In this document: piece after piece, positions 1-13,912 of the stretch
Layout of the letters: each line of letters starts with the position of its first letter
Position numbering within the stretch: the stretch's first letter is position 1
NCBI GenBank assembly: GCA_977018835.1
Contig: OZ361256.1
Location: 1,178,001-1,242,000, forward strand
DNA length: 64,000 bases
Reading direction: 5' to 3'
Origin: Minutocellus sp. GHC0000111
Taxonomy: Eukaryota
Program-made: the position numbers and the translations under genes
Notes under the pieces: generated by a model
Databases searched by the model: none
Told to the model about the DNA's origin: nothing
Seen by the model: the letters and a program-made list of their open reading frames with translations, nothing else

Positions 1-18
1 ATTCATTCATGTAATCCA

Positions 19-2986
19 TCAATTCATCAACCAACCTGGTGTTGAGGACGAGTTTACCAATCTCAGAGCATAGATCCAAGCAATGTTGGCAAACACGGCA
101 CAGACAACCATCGCAAGGCCCTTGGCCTGAAATCGGAGCATATTTCTATTGATTTCGTGTCGAATAAGGGCGGCTTGTTCATTTTGTTCATCCTTGCTGT
201 GGTGCTTGTTCATCAATGTTCCATCTCCGCGACAGCTGGAAAGAATTGTAAAGTGATTGGGATGCATTCGATGCCACAACAGCCTTGACAGGCCATTGAC
301 AAAGCTTATCCGAGATGCATTGGTTATGCCATACCATGAGCGATAACACAACCTTGAGCCAAAGCGAGTGGAGGAACCATTCCACCGTACATCCGCATTC
401 TCTTGTCGTTTGTCCCAGCACGTCCTGATTGGGTCCTTCGCAGGTAACATCGCAGTAGGGCATTGCATCGCATTGAAAGATTGAGTCCTTGATTTCCCAA
501 GAAGAAGAAGAAGAAACGAATGCACTATCCTCCTCCTCCTCCTCCTCTTTAGACGCCGGCTTCATATCCACGTCGCAAGCAGATGCCAAAATGTATTCCG
601 ACGGAGGTAAAAACGGAGCCGGTGGTTGTACGAGCTCGTTCATGGGGCATGTGCTGTTGGCAGAAACACCACCACTGGCAGCACCATGAGAAGAAGCATC
701 ATCAGGACAGGAGGACGACTGATAATATGAATAGCCCTCGAGGTTGCAGCAAGTGTCATGAAAAGCGGCATCGAGGGCATCGACATCGATGCATCGCTTC
801 ATCAGATCCATGTTGGAAGCCGTTATGTTGTGAGTGTCGAACAACGAAGCAAAGATGGTGGCATCATTTTGATACCTTGAGGCTGAGGGGGCATAGCGCG
901 AGGCACAGATCTCTCCCCTATCGGCATCGAACCTATCCAAGCCCTCCAGGAGCTTCGTACTGCCGTCTTGGTAGGCGTGATTGTACGACAGCGATAGTAG
1001 GTTGCTAGTGAGGAAGGTCCCATTACTGTTGTCGTCGGACACACACCCGGCCATGTATTCTTGATACAGGGGGCTGTAGAGAGATACTGCAATCGATATT
1101 GCCCACCACATTGAGAAGACAAAGATTGCAAACCCCACGGCTGGATGAATCAATATCGTCACTAAATGTTGAATGGGTCCGGTGCCCAACATCTTTTTGG
1201 CATTCGACGATGCTGCTTCTTTGGCTGTTGAAATTTGCTTCCTGTTTCTACCACGGCTACTTGAGCTTCTCCTAGAGACTGCAACTCGCATATCTACTTC
1301 TGGCAATTCCAGATCACCGGCAACCCAATATTTGTAGAAAACACGCACGGTATTGTAGAGCCGATAAAGCAGATCAAATAGAAACAATACATCTCCAAAT
1401 GAATTCAATCGGAGGAACCATACGTCAAACTCAATCCCCGGTCGGATAAGCGACTTGAAGCTGATATCGACGTTGGATAACTTTGTCGGGATGCTCGAAA
1501 TGTTGAAGAAGGACGATACATCTCCCAGGATCTCGTCCTTGTTTTCGGACTGCGAAAGCTCTGAGAATGCATCTAGGGCCACCGCCGTTCTTTCCATGAA
1601 TACTTGGCTCCTTTTGGCATGCATCGTCTTTTCTTCATCCAAGCTGCTAAACTCGTTATTTGGCCCCCGATACGATGGAGGATTGTAATCTGCTGGAGTT
1701 ACGTTGGGCAAATTGAGAATCATGTCTTGCTCAAAGTCATTCCCCAGCGCTCTGGCACGTCGTACGACCTTGCCTTCTGCGCTTCCTAGCTGTATGCGAA
1801 AAAAATCCCACGACACCGATACTGAGTCCCATACATCGTCCAAGGTGGGGAGCTCGGTAAATGTAGGTGTCGATCCTGGAAAGTTAACGCCGAGGGGGAC
1901 AATATCTTCGACCTCAATATCCCACCAATCCGACTTGCCAAATCGACTGAACCAATCAGGTATGGCTCTCTTGACTCTCCGATAGAATCGCACAGCAGTC
2001 TCATAGGCACTCTGGACGTTGGATTTGTACTTATTAACTTTTGTTTGCCATGAATCAATCTCTTTCCTGTAAACCTCCATTCGACGTTCCATCTCCCGAT
2101 GGATGGCTGCCAATTTCTCTTTAGCACCTCGAAACGATGGACATTCTCCGCCTTCCTCGGTGCTTCGTGGCGAGATGCAGGATACCAGCATATCGACATC
2201 AGTCTGAACGTCATCAAACAGCTCTGCAACATTTAGCGGTGGCACTTCAATACCACTTGCGTAGTCAACAAGCTGATTCTCGATCCTGTTGGTGTGGTTA
2301 CCAATGTATTCTGCATCATACGCTGCTCTCAGCTGGGCATACTCCACTAGCCTTTGGATGGTGGCTTGGCTTTCATCACTGTACTGCGATGATACCGAGA
2401 ATGCTTCTGTTCGTACTGCGCTAATGTCACCTACCGAATTGGTGAGCTTGCTCAAATCATCGGCAGTGCATGCATTTGTAGAGTCACTTGAGCTGATAGT
2501 GTTGTTGCTGGTGCTAGAGTGATATGGCACCATGTGGCCAGCATCGACCCAAGCCTCGATGGAGTACCGGAGCGACGTATAAGCTGAAGAACAATTGCTC
2601 TGGATCGACCGTGCAGCATCGACGGTCGCCTTGTTCGTTGCTTCGGTAGTATTGACCCGCCTTGTTTCCTTGTAGGATGCGTTGGCCAAATCATTGTTGC
2701 ATTGCTCCACTTGCAGGTCGACACAATCTGCAAAGCGACGGCGCTCTTCTCTTGTAATGCGATAGGAACCCTCACAGGAGTCCACCACAGAATCAAAAGG
2801 TGGTACATTGACAAAGTACGATACCACATACACGGCCACCCTGAGGCTCGTTGCCCACATCAATGTTACCGCGAAGATGCTCATTATCAGTCGATTTCTC
2901 AAGAGTTGTCGGTGATGGGGTTGTGGTGATGGCGATGGCGGGCAGGGGAGTTGTGGTGGGGGTGAATCGGATGTGGGCATTATCAT
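19..2986 (-). CDS. Large multi-pass membrane protein of unknown function (coiled-coil and Cys-rich luminal segments), apparent frameshift near 333
   Basis: 932-aa ORF 188..2986 with hydrophobic segments. After ...KVVLSLM the protein-like sequence continues in the 19..525 frame (YGITNASRISFVNGLSRLLW...TM segment...PGWLMN*). Confidence 0.75.
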
Positions 2987-3227
2987 GATTATTTGAATTC
3001 GAGTCCAGCTAGTACAGTAGGAAGAGTTACGATCGTATCCAATGAAAGACGGCCCTTGGCAGGGCTCATGCGTAGATTTGATAAGACGAGGGCAGAGTTT
3101 TGTGTTTCATGATGATGACACCATGACATGCTGTGCGTCACACTTCGTACGATTTTCATACAGTTCCGCTTGTTACACTCCGACCTAACTACTCTTCTAG
3201 CTAGCTAGTAGCTGGGTACCTTCACAA

Positions 3228-4946
3228 ATGCCTCCACTCTCACCAATACAAGAAGTGCCAGGCATGAGTAGTGGCAGGGCTGGGGAGGGTGCCCATAAGA
3301 GATCATCGAAAAGAAGTGGCAGTCAAGCAGATGACATTCTCGCACTGTTGGGAGGAAGCACCGAAGAAGATGATGTTGAAAGCTCCCATACTGACCACGA
3401 GCCAAGCGCAAGCGCGCCACCAACCTCGGCTGTGCTACGACGAAACCACAACTCGAAGAGCACTACTGGTACTCCTAGTGCCGACGGCAAGAAAGTGAGA
3501 TTTTCTGGCGGTAATCCTGAGAGTCATCGACGAGCACCAACAATACAGCGCAATCAAAGTAGTAATGGTGGCGCGAGAGGGAGTGGGGTCTCACAACCAG
3601 AAGCAGCAAGAGCTCAGGAGCAGCCTGTCTACACCGAAAGCGGTCCTCCATCGACTTAATCCCAGTCACATGCTACGAGTCACCACCCTCACCACCAATA
3701 TCAAAGACCCTCGTCGGCAATTAGCTCCATATTCAGCAACAGCGGCAACCGGCAGACTATTCTTTTGCAAGAAGATATCGACAGCAATGGCAGCACAAGC
3801 AATCACGGTATCGATACTATTAGTGATGACGAAGCCTGCTACAAGGCGCACGGCCGTCGAGGGGGGCATACTACTGCAACCAATGACCATGTGATAGAAC
3901 GTCTAAAGCGACGTCATCAAGACGAGATAGATGCCATTATTGCCAAACACGAGGAAGAGTTGGACCGCATAAAGAAGGAGAAAGATACCGTCCAAGCACA
4001 GAAAGAATCCATGGATTCCGGGCTCGTGAAAGATGCCGTCGCTGTGTTGCAGTCAGTGGCATCCGACCTCAAATCTCAGCTTCAAAAAGAGCGCGACGAT
4101 CTTGGAGCCAAACAGTCGAGGTTGGATTCGCTTCAGGTGTCACTCCAGAAAGAACGAGAGCGTCTAATGGACGTCCACGACGATGAGCGTTTAAAATTAA
4201 TGAGCCGCCTAGAATCACTGGAAACCAAGAGACTCGAGCACGCCCAATGTCATCGGAAGCAACAAAGTGAGTTGCAAAAGGCAAGAGATGAGCTCGAGAG
4301 AGGTAAATTGGAATTTGCAATCCGCGTACAGGATATCGAAGAGAAGCTTGAAAGGAAACGGGAATCGCTGGCGCAGGACAAGCAGTTTTTGATCGACTCG
4401 AAAGAAAAGCTCGCGCAAGAAAGGGCAGACTTTGAAGAGAGCCGTGGAATGGCAAGGGCGGAGCTCCAAGGTGCTGATGCATTGCGAAGGGAGTTGGCTG
4501 ATGTACAAAGCAACATTAACGCCGAGGCCACTCGTCTCGGCGCTCTCAAGGAGCAGCTAGAGTATGAAACGAAAGCCCTTCTCGAACAGGAGGAAAACAT
4601 TGCGGCGAGACTTGCCGAGGCCGAGAAGCTGGAAGCCAAAAATATCCAAACCCTGAAAGACATTGAAGCACGAAAAGAAGAACACAATCGATTATCAGCC
4701 AGGCTGCAAGAGAGAGAGGAACGCCTTTTGCATAGCAGCATAGATGCCATGAAGAGCCGATATCATATTCAACAGCAGCACCACCACCAACAGCAACAGG
4801 CACCGAATGGAATGTCATCAGTAGCGACACAACAGTACTACTCTGCTGATTATGGAGGCCACCGACTTCCTTTTTTGTATCCGCCCCTTTCTCCGACTAA
4901 TATGAATGCAAATAGTGCCAAAATGATACCAGAAAGGCAAAAATAA
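3228..4946 (+). CDS. Coiled-coil protein with disordered N-terminus, interrupted by one in-frame TAA at 3657-3659
   Basis: ORFs 3228..3659 and 3765..4946 are in the same frame, and the bases between them read open (SQSHATSHHPHHQYQRPSS...). The C-terminal half is a long E/K/L/Q heptad region. Confidence 0.65.
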
Positions 4947-5044
4947 CCATCAATAACTCACCTTTTTGCTCGTTTAAACTCCGTGATATGTACGTAGCTC
5001 TAGCCAAGCAAGTATTAGCTAAAGATGATTGAAATATGCGCTCT

Positions 5045-6328
5045 CTACGAAGAAGCCTCGCTCTTTCTTTTTCTTCTCTTCCGCTTTCTCGTAGATGCTT
5101 TACTAGTAATCGTTCTCGTCGACTGTAATTGTAGCTGTCGATGGCTGCCACTTTTCCTCAAGGCTTCTTTTCGCACCACACTCCTCGCTACCGCTTCTCG
5201 TCCTCTCTTTCGGAAAGCAGCGAGGACACCTCTCTTTTCCTCCACTGTTTCGCAGGCATGGAATTTCGCTTCGAGCTTCTTGGGAACCTTGAAATCTGCG
5301 TCATTAATCTCTTCGATAGTCCCTCTTTTCGGTTTTGGCTTTGCAGCGCCAGCACTGGAAGCAGCAGGCGCAGCCTTGGGCTGGTGGACATCCTCGTCAT
5401 CGCTGCTCCAATCTCCACTGCTTTCGATGCTATCGGTCTCGTCATTGTCAAGCTTTTGAGGAGTGATGATCCTGGATTGAAACGGGTCGATTGAAGCCTC
5501 AAGGATGGCAGCAGCCATTTCCCTCCGTGTCGGGGGAGACTCGATTCGTTCCCGTAGATCCGGAGTCCGCTTTGCCTTCCGAACATTGGCTTGTCTAACG
5601 TGCGGGACAAATCGAGCATCCGAACGAGCCAATGGTCCGAGATCATCATCATCACTGTCGTCGTAGCTGTCGTCACTGTCATCATTTTTACTTACATGCT
5701 CACAATCCGCCTCGAGTAGGAGTATATCAGCCCCATTCCGCACCTTGCCCATTCCCAACTCAACACAATGAGACGCGATATCGGGATAGCCCTCCTTTTG
5801 ATAAACTCTCAGTATCTTGGCATCAACATACTCATCAACGAGGCTTGAGGAACCATCGCTGGTCACCCGTAGTGAACCTCGGACAAGAGGATTGCCAAGA
5901 TCCCTGAACAAATCCAGCGGTGAACCGGCCATTACAGGAAGGGCAGCATCGCCACCCTCATGTGCACTATCCTTGAGGCACAGCTCAATGACAAGCTGCG
6001 GTATGGTCCTCTGAGCTCTGAGCTGCTTCCTCCGACGGCCATTGGTTTTGGTTTTACTATTCGCCTTCTTGCCACCCCGGACAATGTGGACGATGGTACT
6101 GTCATTTGTATTCGAGTTGTAGACGAACCGTACGGTACAATTCTCTCCTCTTTCGGCGGCCCTTGCGGCGATGGGATGGCATATTGCCGCCCTGATCAGC
6201 CACTGGGCTGCCATGGCATCCTCGAGCGCAAAACGGGCCACCGATTCCGGCGTGGCGCCATCGTCAACGGACAATACATGCCGTGGCCCATCGTTGTCTG
6301 CGTCGGTAAGTCCCAGTTGGAGAATCAT
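5045..6328 (-). CDS. Hypothetical protein with basic C-terminal tail (likely nuclear)
   Basis: 427-aa ORF with acidic tracts and a K/R-rich terminus (RKRKRRKRK). No family motif recognised. Confidence 0.6.
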   Translation of the reverse strand: MILQLGLTDADNDGPRHVLSVDDGATPESVARFALEDAMAAQWLIRAAICHPIAARAAERGENCTVRFVYNSNTNDSTIVHIVRGGKKANSKTKTNGRRRKQLRAQRTIPQLVIELCLKDSAHEGGDAALPVMAGSPLDLFRDLGNPLVRGSLRVTSDGSSSLVDEYVDAKILRVYQKEGYPDIASHCVELGMGKVRNGADILLLEADCEHVSKNDDSDDSYDDSDDDDLGPLARSDARFVPHVRQANVRKAKRTPDLRERIESPPTRREMAAAILEASIDPFQSRIITPQKLDNDETDSIESSGDWSSDDEDVHQPKAAPAASSAGAAKPKPKRGTIEEINDADFKVPKKLEAKFHACETVEEKRGVLAAFRKRGREAVARSVVRKEALRKSGSHRQLQLQSTRTITSKASTRKRKRRKRKSEASS

Positions 6329-6795
6329 CGCACTATTGCATGAATTACTGATGCGGCATGTACAACCAATGAACCAATGGTACGGGTATCTGACGAAGGC
6401 AATGGGTATCTGACGAAGCAGTGATGATATGATGGATGCGATGAGGCAGGAGGCGCCGCTCGCGCCTCCTGCCTCCTGCCTCCTGGCGATCCCGCCGCGC
6501 CCTCATGGCGCTCCCGCCCGCAAGATTTCGAAGGCCAAATCATTTGCAAGTGGCATGGAAAGACCCATCTGGTGGGGAGTATGTAGGCAAGAAATTGTAT
6601 GCAACAGGGTTCATTTTTTTTGCATCTTTCGGTACGCGCACGCACGGCCGGCGGAAAGACGAGACCGTGTATGCGCTGTCGATGTCGGAGGCTGGCTGGG
6701 GTGATGGAGGGCCACCAGCAGTTGCCTCGTTGCATCCAAAGACGGGCTCTACTACGACCCGACAAGCTCCATCCTGACCCCATTTCATCCCCACT

Positions 6796-9700
6796 ATGTC
6801 CTCGATCAAGGGCGGAGGACGTGCCAAGTTGTCGGAGGAAAATCAGCATGCAATCATCGACCTCCTCCGCGACCTTCGTGATCCCAAGGACCCACTCCTC
6901 CCAAGGAAGCGTGTTCGAGGTGAAGGCGCTGCTGCCGATTCCAGTGACAACAAGGACAAGGATCTCAGTGAACATGATCTCAAGAAGGAGCGCAAACGCT
7001 TCCTAAAGAAGCTAGTCGAGCGACATGAACGTGTGGCGCTGAGCAAGAGGCTGAATGCCGCGACGGCGGCGGTTTCAGCTGCACCACAGGATGCACCATC
7101 CGCCGAGGTAGCCGATATGTCTGAACAAATGCAATCTCTCGCATTGGATGTCGATGCCAAGGCCCCTCAAGCCGGAAACGATACTGGCGATACCGAAGTA
7201 TCCGAAAAGGTGCGAATTGTATTGGTCGAAGCAATCTACCCATCTGACAAAGGCAAGGCCTCATCCAAGGACAAGAAGGATAAAAAGAAGGATAGCAAAT
7301 CCAAGGACGATAAGAAGAACAAGAAGAGCAGCAAAAAGGACAAGTCTGCTTTGCACCCATGGAAGGAGGGATCCACGCGCAAAACAATGGTGCTCAAGCG
7401 ATTGGATCCAGTAAAGGAATTGCTCAAGCAAGCAAAGAGCAAGCTCAATATGAAGAAAAAGGCGGTGCGATGCTTTTACGTTGACAGTAAAAGCAAGCTG
7501 GAGATTGATCTGGAGACTAATTTGGCTGGACTGAAGGATGGTTCCGTGGTATATGCTACTAGCCACACTGCTGAGGCAAATGCAGATAAGAAGAAGAAGA
7601 AAGATGACGATGAATGTGAAGACGATGCAGCTGATCAAGAGGACGAGGCGATTGATGTGCCAGATCCATTGGAACCAGTAAAGCGAGCGTATGCCGAGAG
7701 GAAGATGCGCCGTTCCATGCGAAGGAGTCAACGGGGAAAGAAGCCAGGTAGTAAAGCTGGGCAGAGTGGAAGAGGGTCATTGGTTGAGCACCCAGCATTT
7801 GCCGACCATTTGGACAAGCTCGAGGTGTTGCCGCCGGCTCGAGCGGAATTGCCAGCCGCATCCTATAGGACCAAGATATTGAGAGCTCTCGACTCATCTC
7901 GCGTTGTTGTCATCTGCGGCGCCACGGGATGCGGAAAATCAACCCAGATCCCTCAAACGATTCTGGAAGGAATGTCAACGGCAGGTAGAGGTGATGATAC
8001 GCACATTATTGTGACTCAGCCACGCCGAGTTGCTGCCATGTCGCTGGCCAAACGAGTAGCTTCCGAGCGCAATTCTCCTACACCGGGATCAGATGGATCT
8101 GTTGTTGGTTACAATGTCCGTTTGGCCCGCAGGGTATCGGATGATGCCAAGATTGTGTATTGTACCGTGGGTATTCTGCTGAGGATGCTGGTAAATCCAT
8201 TAGAGATTGACGAGAACGAGCTCTGTCCATCCGACGGACAAAATGATGAGGCCAATTCCGAGGCGGGCACCGTCACCGGAACACCTCTTTCGCACGTTTC
8301 TCACCTGGTCATCGACGAGGTTCACGAGAGAGACCTCAACACCGATTTCGCCCTTACTCTTCTACGCAATGTCCTCGCTAGAAACAAGCATATTCGCATC
8401 ATCTTGATGTCAGCTACCGCAAACCCTGATCTCTTTGTGCAATACTTTAGAAGCGCCGCCCTTGCCGTCGATCCAATCGTCCTCTCCATTCCAGGCAGAA
8501 CTTTTCCGGTGACAAATAATTGGCTCGGCGATTGTGAAAAGTTTGCCGGTGCAAGGTTGCAGGGTTGGTCAAGTACCGTTGACGACGGTGCTCAAGGCCC
8601 GAAACGAGGAGTTGAGACTAGAGGTGGGGCCGAGGAGACCGCGGTCGAGCTATCACCAAGGGCTACCTCGCGGATTGATAATGCATTCATTTGCAAGCTT
8701 ATCGGTGCTATTGTCAGAAAGCAAAAGAAACCGGTGAACTCAATCAATCGGATTCATCTGGAAAGAGGGAAAATGGTGCGATCCTGGTATTTTTGCCAGG
8801 CAAGGGTGAAATCGACGCCCTCGCAAGAGTTTTGGCCGACGATTCTGTCCTTTGCGACGGCAAATTGTGCAGCATCCTGAAGCTACATTCAACGGTTCCT
8901 CCCGCGCAGCAACGTTTCGTGTTCCAGCGAGCCAAGACAGGGACAGTGAAAATTGTACTCAGTACGAATGTTGCCGAGACATCGGTTACCATTCCAGATG
9001 CCTCGTCTGTCATTGACACTGGGAGAGTAAAGGAAAGTCGCTTCAACTCTTCGACTCGCATCAAGGAACTTGTTACAGTGTGGACGAGCCGAGCTTCGGC
9101 CACTCAGAGAGCAGGCCGAGCGGGCCGTACTGGACCGGGTGTGTGCTGGAAACTCTATACCGAGCAATTTTGCAATGAACACTTGCCAGTGCGAACTTCG
9201 CCCGAAATTGTTCGTACTCCGCTTGATGAACTCGTCTTGCAGTGCTGCCTACTCGAAGAGAATATGCCCCGGCGTCCCGGCGAGTCCGGGACTAGACCCA
9301 TCAAGTTTCTACGTCAGGCGCCAGAACCGCCGCCAACAAAGAGTCTGTTGGATGCCTGTGATCACCTACTCGAGGTTGGTGGTCTGGAGGTCATCGCAAG
9401 AGAGCCGGAACTCGTGTTCAAATTGACGCCTCTAGGGTTCCATCTCTCTCATCTTCCTACTGACGCCAAGGTCGCCAAATGCTTGATAACAGGATGTGTA
9501 TTGGAGTGCGTTGAACCATCATTGACGATTGCTGCATGCCTTTCACATTCCAAGTCAATTTGGTTGCCATCGCGAGTCATCGGCAAAGAAGGCCGTGAGA
9601 TGCAGCAGAAATTGGTCGAAGAGGGCTTTGGTGGAAAGAATTGGAGAGGAGGGACAGTGAAGGGCGATCTGATCGGAGCCGTTGCGGCATACAACAAATG

Positions 9701-10433
9701 GTCATCGCAACCCAAAGATAAGGATCGCCGCAAGATTGCATCCAAGTATGCCTTGGACAACAACGTCCTTCGAGAGGTTCATAGTCTGCGATCTCAGTTC
9801 CGAGATTCGTTGATATATGCTGGCTTTTTGGACAAATCCGATAGCTGGGATGGCTGCCACGACGACGCTCTCTTCACCAGTTGCTGCCTCGTCGCCGGCC
9901 TTTACCCCAACATATCTACATTGATGCGACCAAGGAGAGGGCGGGGCAACGCGCGCGGTGGACGCCTCATCACCAAGGACGGCGACGTCTGCAAAGCCAG
10001 CTCATCATCCTTTCAATCTGATCGGCTATGGAATGCCAAAGAAGAAGGGCAAGACGCTTATGCCGTATATCACGCGAAGCACCGCACTATCGGTGTTGAT
10101 ACAAAGCCTTGCGCAGTCGGAGGACAGGCCGACATTTATCTGAACGAGGTGAATTTTGTTTCTCGATATGCTCTACTTTTATTTGCTGGCAATGTCGAAC
10201 TCAAAGATACGGCCATCATCATGGACGGCTTGCTCAAATTCAAGGTCGGGGAGAAAGGCAGCAAATCTGGCGCCATCCTAATTCTTGAACTGCGAAAGGA
10301 ACTCGATAACGTCATGACGAGGCATATCGAGAGTAGCGGCGATGACGATGCAAGCGATGGTGAGGCAATGATAGCTCAATGCCAGCGCGTCCTTCAGATC
10401 GTACGGAAGCTTTTGCAAGATGAGACGGGGTAA
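6796..10433 (+). CDS. DEAH/RHA-box ATP-dependent RNA helicase (DHX36/DHX57-like), frameshift near 8722-8726
   Basis: Motifs GATGCGKSTQ, TQPRR, DEVH and SAT lie in ORF 6796..8880. LVFLPG, STNVAETSVTI, QRAGRAGR and HA2/OB-like regions lie in ORF 8691..10433. One extra A in gcaaaagaaacc joins the two frames. Confidence 0.93.
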
Positions 10434-10517
10434 CTGATTTGACCATAACTTGATGTGGGACAAAATTAATCTTCGCACCACCTGATTATGGAATACAATA
10501 CATACAATGCGGACTGT

Positions 10518-11226
10518 TTACCATGGTAGCTGGCTAATAATCCCTCTCCATCCTCCTGCGGTAGCGATCTGGCTGGCATTTTTCGCACGGGATGGAGACT
10601 CCGTATTGGCATTTGTCACATGTTTTACAATGCCATTCTCTCCAATCAGCACATTTTCCACATTTGCGGCAGTGCCAGGTTCAAGATCCCTGAACAAGTT
10701 CACCTTCGCCACTCCAGCCAGCACAGAAGCTCCAGTAGCCATAATCAAGTGAGTTGTGACCATAGCTGAGTACTGCCTTTACCAAAGCTGCGTCAAGCTT
10801 CTCTTTGGGGCCCTGTGCGGGATCGTCGTAAATCTTTTTGGTTTCGTCATCGATGTACTCGTAGTGATGACTTTTGCGAATACCGTTTGCAAACGATTCG
10901 ATTGAGCCAAACAAATCTGCCCTGGTCTTGTCCATGTTCTTCTTGACCTCCTTTCTAACCTTGGCTTCAAAACACGGGTGGATACTCTCGCCGGGATTTT
11001 TGGCCTCTACAGCCTCACGGCTGAAGCCATAGAATTCAAGCACGCGCCAGACGTTGTCATCTCTACCTCGCTTTATGAAAGGATTGCCGGCGGTGACATC
11101 CTCACGCCCCTCATTTACACCGAATTCTTCAAAGTCTTCGTCGGATACATCGCTACCGTAGCTCATCTTGGAAATCAAGATTGTGACCACGTGGTGATCC
11201 TGAAAGGAGCCATCACCGTGGAACAT
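10518..11226 (-). pseudogene. Hypothetical gene, probably frameshifted near 10764
   Basis: Overlapping ORFs 10681..11226 and 10518..10763 join plausibly (...VKAVL/AMVTTHLIMATGASVLAG...). Confidence 0.4.
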
Positions 11227-11355
11227 TGGCGTGGAATGACGATTGTATTGTTGACTGCTATAAACTCCGATAAAACCACCGTGGGCGTGGAAATTAGAAA
11301 ATACTGCTCATTACCTCAACTTGTTGAAGAACACTACGATCGTATATTGTTGACG

Positions 11356-12155
11356 ATGAAGGAAGGAACGAAAGTAAAGATCAAGGGCCTCGTCAAGAAT
11401 CTCTTCTTGAATGACAAGATCGGGATTTTCGTCAAAGAAGCCTCTGGTGACGAGGAGAGGGTAGGAGTTGAAGTGGTTGATCCAAACGGGGCTACAACCG
11501 TCCTTGGAGTGAAAATTTGCTAATCTCGAGTTTATTTCTCCTCACGGCAAGAAGACAGAAACAGACACAAACAACCCCCGCTTGCCACGAAGAAAATTGC
11601 GTGACGGGGAGCAATTCTTGGACTCTGGTGCCATACTCCCCATGTTTGATGAGTTTGTCCATGACCGTCATACAACTTTGGATACGCCCCATAAAATGGT
11701 CAAGTTTCAGGGATTTACCTACTTCATCGCCCAATTCCCCGCAGGTGACTATATAGTCTGCGAGGCGCTCCCTTATGACGGCTGCCTCGGCCGGCCCAGC
11801 AACATTTCTTCTCGAAGACGGCACCTTCAAGACCGCTAGTAAGGGAATGTCTCAAGTACGCGACACCACCTGGATTTATAAAGCTCTGGTCGAGAAATTA
11901 CCAGGTCCTAAGGTACACAACAAGGCATACAAAATGTGTGTAGGGAGAGCTACTGTGTTGTCATTTGAAACAGATGATGTTGTCTATAAGGACGAAGTGT
12001 GGACAATCGAATCTATTCAGCCCCGGATGCTTGCCGAATGGCGGGGCCTCAGCGTTCTGATCAAGACTCGTCAACAGATGCCACCCTTCGTCGTCCCCGT
12101 GAATCGCATAATGCAACAAGACAATGTTTCAATTGAAGAATTGGAACCATGTTGA
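11356..12155 (+). pseudogene. Hypothetical protein with SH3/KOW-like N-terminal module, two apparent frameshifts (about 11518 and 11791)
   Basis: MKEGTKVKIKGLVKNLFLNDKIG...RVGVEV...GVKI/ANLEFI resembles the 'VxIxGL..LNGxxG..VKPxNL' module. It continues through ORFs 11582..11839 and 11775..12155. Confidence 0.5.
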
Positions 12156-12244
12156 TAATTCAGCTGTGGACAGATCCAAGCATGTAGCTTCAATTACTAC
12201 GTAGCTAGAATACAAAGCAAACGGCTAGGTTATCCCAGCAAAAG

Positions 12245-13765
12245 CTAGCTTTCCGCATCCGCACTTTGCTGCTTCATCGTCTTCTTTTTCTTCTTGGTCG
12301 CCAACTGTCCACAGGCGGCACTCTCGTCATCTCCCCTGGTCGTTCGCACATACACCATCACATTCTTCTCCATCAAACGTTTCTGAAAGGCAGCGACAGC
12401 TTCCTCTGTAGGCTTGCGGTACGTTGGATGATCAATGGAGTTGTATGGTATCAGATTCACTACCACTTTTGCACCTGGCACATCCTCGCATATTTTGAGA
12501 GCAAACTCAGCGAGATGATCGGCCTCCTCCATACCATCATTTACACCATCGATGAGCGCAATCTCAAGCATGGTCGTTCGGAGCTTCTTGGAACGGGCCT
12601 TGAGAGCCTCCACAAAACCAAGGCGAAGCTCCTCCATGCTGTACTTGGTTGTTGGTACCAGCTTCTTTCTCAATTCATCTTGGCTAGCATGGACACTCCA
12701 CGCCAATGCCGCCGGTGCCTTGCCCAATGTTGCGAATGCCTCTGGATTGGGCGCCACGGTCGAAATGGTGATTCGACTCTGTGCCAGCTCATACCTCTGC
12801 CGATCCGCCAATGCCTCTGCTGCAACGACAACCTCCTCGGCGTTATCAGCTGGCTCTCCCATGCCCATGAAAACGATATTGTCCACCGAGGGAATATCCA
12901 AAACACGACACACCTTGCGAGCATACCAAACCTGCGCCAAAATCTCGTCGCTGGTAAGGCTTCGCAATCGGCCCATTCGTCCGGTGGCGCAAAACGTACA
13001 GCCTTGGGCACATCCCACCTGCGAACTGACGCAGAGAGTCGATCGAGGCTTCTCTCGGTCGTACCATGGAATGATGACGGTCTCCACCTCCAACCCGTCG
13101 GATGCCATTCGAATCAACAGCTTGGTCGTTCCATCGTTACTGGTGGAGATGTGCGACAATCTACCAATGGTCTCTTCAATTCCTCCTGTTGCAGCAATTG
13201 ATGGTGATGCGGCCTTGCTGTGCAAGTCAGCCAGCAACTCGAGCGCGCCCTTGCCCAACCCCTCGGTCCGTCTCTTGGCAGGCAATAAGCTCACAATACT
13301 ACCTCGCTTGGTCGATGTTGACTCCTCATCATCATTCTCCATGTTCATCAATTCGCTCAACTGTGGACCAGCACCCTCCGCCACAACTTGATAGACTGCT
13401 GCGTCGACATCTATGTTTTCCTTTGCTGCATCATAGTAAGTCAGTGGGTCTACACCGATGCGATACATGTCCCACGCCGCCAGGGCGCGACCGCGTCCAC
13501 CCAAAGCTGCGGCCAGCTCGTCCACCGTCATGGACAGCGGTGATCGGCTCCTGACGACGTCCTCGTCGGCGGCTGAGCTGGTCACGTCCGAGATGGATGG
13601 TGGGTCGCTGACCACGTGCAAAGCCGAAATGCGGTGAGCGTGGCTTGGCACATGCTGATACTGAGGTGAAGATTGGAAGGCATGCGCTGATGGGAATTGC
13701 TGTAGGGTAGTTGCCGCTGCGAGAGCGGCAGCAGCGGCGACGGTGACCGTCTTCTTCGATCTCAT
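12245..13765 (-). CDS. rlmN: Radical SAM RNA methyltransferase, RlmN/Cfr family, probably plastid-targeted
   Basis: CAQGCTFC (CxxxCxxC), FMGMGEP, NLIPYN and SAACGQL motifs. N-terminal signal peptide ending AHA-FQS. Confidence 0.9.
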   Translation of the reverse strand: MRSKKTVTVAAAAALAAATTLQQFPSAHAFQSSPQYQHVPSHAHRISALHVVSDPPSISDVTSSAADEDVVRSRSPLSMTVDELAAALGGRGRALAAWDMYRIGVDPLTYYDAAKENIDVDAAVYQVVAEGAGPQLSELMNMENDDEESTSTKRGSIVSLLPAKRRTEGLGKGALELLADLHSKAASPSIAATGGIEETIGRLSHISTSNDGTTKLLIRMASDGLEVETVIIPWYDREKPRSTLCVSSQVGCAQGCTFCATGRMGRLRSLTSDEILAQVWYARKVCRVLDIPSVDNIVFMGMGEPADNAEEVVVAAEALADRQRYELAQSRITISTVAPNPEAFATLGKAPAALAWSVHASQDELRKKLVPTTKYSMEELRLGFVEALKARSKKLRTTMLEIALIDGVNDGMEEADHLAEFALKICEDVPGAKVVVNLIPYNSIDHPTYRKPTEEAVAAFQKRLMEKNVMVYVRTTRGDDESAACGQLATKKKKKTMKQQSADAES

Positions 13766-13912
13766 GGTTGTCTTGAAGGCTGGAAATTTGAGCTGGCTTG
13801 ATGGCTTGATGGATCCCGACGACGGACGAACACAATTAATTCTTGACGCGACGGACAGACCATTCATGCATTTGCGTTGCTTTTCCATTTTTCACTGGGC
13901 AACCTGCAAACC

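Noticed and set aside
3657..3659. TAA reassignment or alternative genetic code
   Set aside because: TAA, TAG and TGA all terminate other well-supported genes normally, so one isolated case is more likely an error or a nonsense allele.
6384..6418. Short tandem duplications (20-bp period here, 12-bp period near 15137-15163) and microsatellites (GAA near 32643, GA near 35509, CCGG near 39692)
   Set aside because: These are ordinary slippage repeats with no further structure.
8715..8735. Programmed ribosomal frameshift in the helicase
   Set aside because: A single missing A in a homopolymer explains it, and similar indels occur in many unrelated genes in the window.
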